From NCBI GenBank assembly GCA_964291235.2, contig OZ219816.1:1696001-1760000 (forward strand): a stretch of 64,000 bases of DNA, in the 5' to 3' direction. The first letter of the stretch is position 1, and the number at the start of each line of letters is the position of its first letter. This document shows positions 59,379 to 64,000 of the stretch, one piece after another. The translations under genes and the position numbers were made by a program. The stretch is from Vicinamibacteria bacterium. GTDB lineage: Bacteria > Acidobacteriota > Vicinamibacteria > Marinacidobacterales > Marinacidobacteraceae. The notes under the pieces were generated by a model. That model was given only the letters and a program-made list of their open reading frames with translations, searched no databases and was not told the DNA's origin.

Positions 59379-60257
59379 TCAGCCGTCTTCCGGCTTCTTC
59401 GCACAGTAGCGCCGAAGCTCGAAGAAGCCCTTGGACCACACTTCGTGAAGCAGGCGCATGCGCTGGATCAGCCGGCCCAGCTCCGGGGTGTTCACGCCGG
59501 ACAGCCAGTACAGCGAGAGTTGCCGGTGCCGGTGCCCGATGAGCCGGATGTTCTCCGCATCCTTGCCGCCAAACCCCTCGAACTCGACCAGTTCGAAGCC
59601 GGCCCCGGCCAGCAGGCGGGTGTAGGTGGACTGGCGCTCAAGCGGAGACACCATCCACGGCTCGCAGAGCGGCAGGATGTGCTGCTCGTACTCCTCGCCG
59701 CTCAAATCGTCGCGAGCCATCCAGTCCATGGCCGCGATCCGGCCTCCCGGGGAGAGGATCCGGAACACCTCGCGAAGAAACGTTCCCCGGTCGCCGTAGT
59801 GGCAGGCGCTTTCGATATTCACTACGGCATCAATGGAGCCGTCGTCGAACGGAAGGTGTTCCGAGCAGTCGGCGTATCCAAAGCGCACCCGGTCTTCCAC
59901 GCCGGCATCCGCCGCCTTGCGGTTGGCGATCTCGAGTTGCTTCCGGTTCACGTTGACACCGGTAACGGCGCAGCCGTGTTTGTTCGCCAGGTAGATCGCG
60001 GTGCCCCCGACTCCACAGCCGGCGTCCACGACATGGTGGTCGGCTCCGATCCCGGCGGGGGCGGCAATCACATCCACCATCCGTTCCACCGCCCGCTGCA
60101 AACCGGCGGACTCGGCCAGCCGGTTCAGGTCCTCGGGAACGTCCTCCGGCTCGAAGAGCCCGAGATGAATGTGGTCGGGATTCCAGCTCGCGGCGTAACC
60201 CGCGGTGAGTTCGTCGTAGTGGAGCTCGACGAGGCGTGAGTGTTCCGAGAGCGCCAA
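59379..60257 (-). CDS. Class I SAM methyltransferase (sterol/tocopherol-MT-like), cluster 2
   Basis: HIHLGLF, VDAGCGVGGT, VTGVNV, LPFDDGSIDAVVNIESACHY, RILSPGG. Confidence 0.9.
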   Translation of the reverse strand: MALSEHSRLVELHYDELTAGYAASWNPDHIHLGLFEPEDVPEDLNRLAESAGLQRAVERMVDVIAAPAGIGADHHVVDAGCGVGGTAIYLANKHGCAVTGVNVNRKQLEIANRKAADAGVEDRVRFGYADCSEHLPFDDGSIDAVVNIESACHYGDRGTFLREVFRILSPGGRIAAMDWMARDDLSGEEYEQHILPLCEPWMVSPLERQSTYTRLLAGAGFELVEFEGFGGKDAENIRLIGHRHRQLSLYWLSGVNTPELGRLIQRMRLLHEVWSKGFFELRRYCAKKPEDG

Positions 60258-60328
60258 CTACCGGACTCCTCGTTTCCGGGCGGGGCGGCTGCGCGGCAAC
60301 GGGTCCGACCACTCCGGGGCGCGCACGA

Positions 60329-62821
60329 TTACGCGTGGCGATCCGTAGCAGCCGCCGCCCGGCTCCGTGACGCTTCACCAAGAGGGAAGGGTCCCGGCGC
60401 GGTCATGCCCTCGATCCCCCCGATGTCAGCCGCCACTCGCGCCGCCGTTTCACCAATGTGCCCGGTCAGCGCTTCGAAGTCCTTCGCCCCGCCGGCTTCC
60501 GCGACGACGGACCTGACCTCGGGCCTGACCTCGGGACGGGCCGATTCGGCCCCGAAGCCCTCGTCCGCGACCAGACGCAGGATGCCGCGCAGGTTGCGCA
60601 ACTGCGTCGCCGCTTCGGCCAGGCGCCCCGCGGCGGCCTCCGCGATCAGCCCGCGGGCGCCCGCGGCTTCGAAGACGGCCCCCGCGTCGAGGGACAGGAC
60701 CTCCGGCATTTTCCCGGCGCACTTCAGTTGCAGGAAGCGGGCGGCGCGCTCGACGTCGTGAAGACCGCCCGGCATGGCGTCGAGGGACGCCAGACCCGGT
60801 TCCGCCGCGCCATATGCGGCATGCGCCAACTGTGACATCAGGGTGTTGCGCGCGGGGCTGCGGGCCGCGATGTCCCGCCGCGCCGCTTCAAACCGCGCCG
60901 CAAGATCCGACCCGTCCGACTGGAAGACGCAGCGAGCGCGTATCAGTTCCAGGAGTTCGCCTTCCGGGCCGACATCCCGGTGGTAATCGAGGAAATCGGC
61001 GAACGACCTCACGGAGTGCGGCGTGGCTCCACGCGGAACCGGGGCGATCAGCAGGTTGTCGCGGGAGAGGCTGCGCAGCACTTTCCGGAAGCGGCGGCAG
61101 AGAGAGTCGTAGTACTCCGGAGGCCCGCCCTCGTACAGGAAAAGGAGGTCCAGTTCCGAGCCCAGGATCCTCTCCCGGCCGGCCACGTCTCCGAACGCGA
61201 CCACACAGATCCCGCTCCCGGGATCCGGAGAACTACTTTCCGCAAAGTCCTCGCAGACGGCGGACAACACGGCCGAGATCGACGCTTCGGCCACCCGGGA
61301 GGCCACCGCCCCCGCCTCGCTCGGGGTCAGGTTGCCGCGCATGGTGTGCACGCCGACCTGGAACGCCTTCGTGTTCGACCACTCGCGCGCCAGTCCCACC
61401 GCTTCCCCGGCGTTCTGAGCGGGGGTTTCCGCGATCTGTTCCTTCATCTCCTCCGCACCGAGTTCGCGCGTCCAGTAGAGGCGCACGAGTCCGCGGCGGG
61501 CGATCCTTTCGAATTCGGGATCAGGCCCGAACCCGCCCGGCAGGTCCAGATCGGTGAACTCCCTGGTGTCGAGGCTGTCCAGCAACTCCGGCGTCCGGTT
61601 TATCCAGGCGGCGAGCGGGGGCGAACCGCCGAGGATTTCCTGGATGGCGTCGAAGGCTGCCGGGCGGGCGGCGAACGCGTCGCTGTCGTACGCGCGCCAG
61701 TCCTTGACCTCGGGGTAGAAGTAGGCCCGCTGCTGATCCAGCAGGGGATCCATGAGCTTGAACCAGCGGCTCGGGAAGAGCGCCAGGTTGTTCATCTGCG
61801 AGTACCGGGCCGGTAGTTGCGGCGACTCTTCTCCGCCGTAGTGCTGCAGCACCGGGTAGCGCCGGTTGGACGCCGCATGGTGGTCGGCGTGCCGCTGCAT
61901 GTTGTAGTAGAGCCAGTTGGTGAACTTGTAGTCAGCGCTCCAGGCGTGCCGCGGGAGGACGCGCTCGAAGCGGCCGCTCGGCATCCGGATGCGCCTCAAT
62001 CCGTAGTGCTGGACGTAGTTGCTGACCTTCATCGAGAAGACCACGCTGAAGCACAAGACCGCGTAGATGAGAACGGCCCACGGCCCACCCAGAACGAAAA
62101 CCAGCGCATACCAGGCGCCGGTTTCCAGCACGTAGAGCCAGAAGGGATTGGAGTAGTGCCAGACCGGCAATCGGCTGCGCGCCAGTCGCTTTTTCTCGAA
62201 ACGCCAGGCCCCGGTCAGGTTACTCGCGATCTCCCGGGGCAGATACCGCCAAAAGCTCGTGCCCTTGGGGGCCGACCCGGGGTCCGCCGGAGTGCAGACC
62301 AGCGGATGATGGATGTAAACGTGCTCCGTCGCGTAGTGCGGATAGGACGCGGACGCCAGCACGAATTCCCCGAGCCGACGCTCCCACGTGGCGCGCCGGT
62401 GGACCAATTCGTGACCGACCACGAAAACCGTCTGGCCCACAAGGACCAGCACGAACGCCATCACCCCAATTTCCCATCCGGCGAGATGTCCGGACACCAG
62501 CATCTGCCAGAGTGAGAAGACGAAGGTCAGCGGCCAGATCATGGCCCACAGCCAGGCGGACAGCTTGTACACGAACAGGCGGCTCTCCGGAGTCCGGTCC
62601 GGGTCCATGTTCCGCTCCTGCTTGCCGAGCACCTGGTCGAACTGGTCGGCGATCGTGAGAAACAGGAAGGGACCCGCGAGCCACCAGCCGCCGTTCATCC
62701 CGGCAGCGATTACCAGCGGAAACACCAGCAGGGGCGCGAAATAGGGGAAGGCGTTCCCGAGGGAGGGTTCCACCCAGGCTGCACCGGCAGCCGCAACGGT
62801 GTTCGAACCTCCCGACGCCAT
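60329..62821 (-). CDS. AlkB-like membrane diiron monooxygenase/desaturase fused to a GlnE-like nucleotidyltransferase domain
   Basis: His boxes HELVH, EHVYIHH, NYVQHYG, MQRHADHHA; C-term VVAFGDVAGRERILGSELDLLFLY, LIRARCV, PGGLHDVE..ARFLQL resemble GlnE. Confidence 0.85.
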   Translation of the reverse strand: MASGGSNTVAAAGAAWVEPSLGNAFPYFAPLLVFPLVIAAGMNGGWWLAGPFLFLTIADQFDQVLGKQERNMDPDRTPESRLFVYKLSAWLWAMIWPLTFVFSLWQMLVSGHLAGWEIGVMAFVLVLVGQTVFVVGHELVHRRATWERRLGEFVLASASYPHYATEHVYIHHPLVCTPADPGSAPKGTSFWRYLPREIASNLTGAWRFEKKRLARSRLPVWHYSNPFWLYVLETGAWYALVFVLGGPWAVLIYAVLCFSVVFSMKVSNYVQHYGLRRIRMPSGRFERVLPRHAWSADYKFTNWLYYNMQRHADHHAASNRRYPVLQHYGGEESPQLPARYSQMNNLALFPSRWFKLMDPLLDQQRAYFYPEVKDWRAYDSDAFAARPAAFDAIQEILGGSPPLAAWINRTPELLDSLDTREFTDLDLPGGFGPDPEFERIARRGLVRLYWTRELGAEEMKEQIAETPAQNAGEAVGLAREWSNTKAFQVGVHTMRGNLTPSEAGAVASRVAEASISAVLSAVCEDFAESSSPDPGSGICVVAFGDVAGRERILGSELDLLFLYEGGPPEYYDSLCRRFRKVLRSLSRDNLLIAPVPRGATPHSVRSFADFLDYHRDVGPEGELLELIRARCVFQSDGSDLAARFEAARRDIAARSPARNTLMSQLAHAAYGAAEPGLASLDAMPGGLHDVERAARFLQLKCAGKMPEVLSLDAGAVFEAAGARGLIAEAAAGRLAEAATQLRNLRGILRLVADEGFGAESARPEVRPEVRSVVAEAGGAKDFEALTGHIGETAARVAADIGGIEGMTAPGPFPLGEASRSRAAAATDRHA

Positions 62822-62888
62822 CGTTACCTCCTTAAGGTCGCCTGATTCGGATCAGTCTGATCGTAGCACTTCGCCGGCCGCCGAACTT

Positions 62889-64000
62889 TCACGCCAACTG
62901 CCGGCGAACCAGGTCCTGGAACGGCCCCTCGGTTGCCACGAGGACCGCATAGGACCCCTCCTGAACGACCTTCCCGGCGCGCATCACGTAGATGCGGTCC
63001 GCTTCGCGGAGGGTGGACAGCCGGTGGGCGATGACGATCCGCGTCGAGGTGAGACGCGCGAGGTTGTCCATGACCGTCGCCTGCGAGTCGTTGTCGAGCC
63101 AGTTGGTTGCTTCGTCGAGAAGGAGGATTCGCGGATTGCCGATCAGCGCGTGCGCGATCGTGATGCGCTGGCTTTCGCCGCCGGAGGTGACGCTCCCGCC
63201 GGCCCCGACGGGGGTCAGCATCCCCATGGGCATCGCCGCGATCTCGCGGTCCACCGCCGCGATCCGGGCGGCCCGCCAGGCATCCTCGGCGGTGGCTTCT
63301 TCGTGGTCTCCCGCGATGTTGTCCCAAAGGTCCTGCGGATGGAGTTGGACCTGCTGGGGAACGGTGCCGAGCTTCCGGCGCACCTGCTTGACGTTGAGAT
63401 GCCGGAGATCGCGTCCGTCGTAGTACACCGCTCCCGACGACGGCTGGTCCAGGCCGAGCGCCAGGCGAAAGAGCGTGCTCTTGCCGGCGCCGGACTCGCC
63501 GGCGATCGCCACGAACTCGCCGGCGCGAGCGCGAATGGATACATCGTCCAGAATCGCCGGGCCGTCCTCGTCGTAACGGAAACTCACGTGGTCGAACGCG
63601 ATCTCGCCGCCCAGAACTTCTACGGCTTCCCCACCCGCGCTCATCTCCGGGGGCTCGGCCAGGAACGGCTCGACACGCTGGAGCGCCGGCAAGATGCCGG
63701 CAAGCGCGCTGAATGATGTCCCGAGACGCACTACCGACATCTGGAACAGCAGGAGCAGGGTGTAAACGACGAGAAAATCTCCCACCGCGATCGGCCCGCG
63801 GTCCGGGAGAGTCGCGCCGAGCAGGAGGAGCGCCGCCGCGAGCAGCGGCAGCGCGGCGCAGAACGCCTTCAGATGGGCCTCGAGGGAGCCGAGTTCCAGT
63901 TCGGCCTTCTTCTGGTCCCGGTAGTCGCGAGCCCACATCGCGAACGCCGACCCCTCGGCGCCGTCCACCCGCAGCTTCGAGATGCCTCCCACCAGTTGGA
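62889..64000 (-). CDS. NHLP-type export ABC transporter permease/ATPase, 3' part (runs off window end)
   Basis: Paralog of 41967-44906: GISKLRV.GAEGSAF, GESGAGKST, SGGESQR, DEATN, IAHRLST. Confidence 0.92.
   Translation of the reverse strand, partial: QLVGGISKLRVDGAEGSAFAMWARDYRDQKKAELELGSLEAHLKAFCAALPLLAAALLLLGATLPDRGPIAVGDFLVVYTLLLLFQMSVVRLGTSFSALAGILPALQRVEPFLAEPPEMSAGGEAVEVLGGEIAFDHVSFRYDEDGPAILDDVSIRARAGEFVAIAGESGAGKSTLFRLALGLDQPSSGAVYYDGRDLRHLNVKQVRRKLGTVPQQVQLHPQDLWDNIAGDHEEATAEDAWRAARIAAVDREIAAMPMGMLTPVGAGGSVTSGGESQRITIAHALIGNPRILLLDEATNWLDNDSQATVMDNLARLTSTRIVIAHRLSTLREADRIYVMRAGKVVQEGSYAVLVATEGPFQDLVRRQLA

Overview
High-GC bacterial window. Gene content (paired DUF507 genes, tandem VPS10/BNR proteins, DUF5916, srp-type proteusin cluster) suggests an Acidobacteriota-like marine-sponge symbiont; this is inference. 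The left ~37 kb is housekeeping plus accessory DNA: a CzcCBA-type efflux operon (partial), a TM0106-like nuclease, TA pairs, mmsA, tRNA-Asp and tRNA-Leu, and a gap/pgk/tpiA/secG block interrupted by a cobalamin-riboswitch-controlled TonB receptor. It also holds REP-like arrays, an iteron-like repeat array, and a CxxU Rdx/SelW selenoprotein that the ORF track misses. The right ~27 kb is a double NHLP-leader (proteusin) RiPP locus. Cluster 1 has an LCCCW precursor, an SrpI-like flavin halogenase, a YcaO, export genes, an NHLP-leader/terpene-cyclase-like fusion and an unknown protein. Cluster 2 runs off the window and has an LCCCGI precursor, a second YcaO, a paralog of the unknown protein, a methyltransferase and an AlkB-like diiron enzyme fused to a GlnE-like domain. 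A methyltransferase and an FAD oxidase lie between the clusters. A vapC gene split across opposite strands brackets most of cluster 1, which points to an inversion or rearrangement. All family assignments come from recognising motifs by eye; no searches were run.
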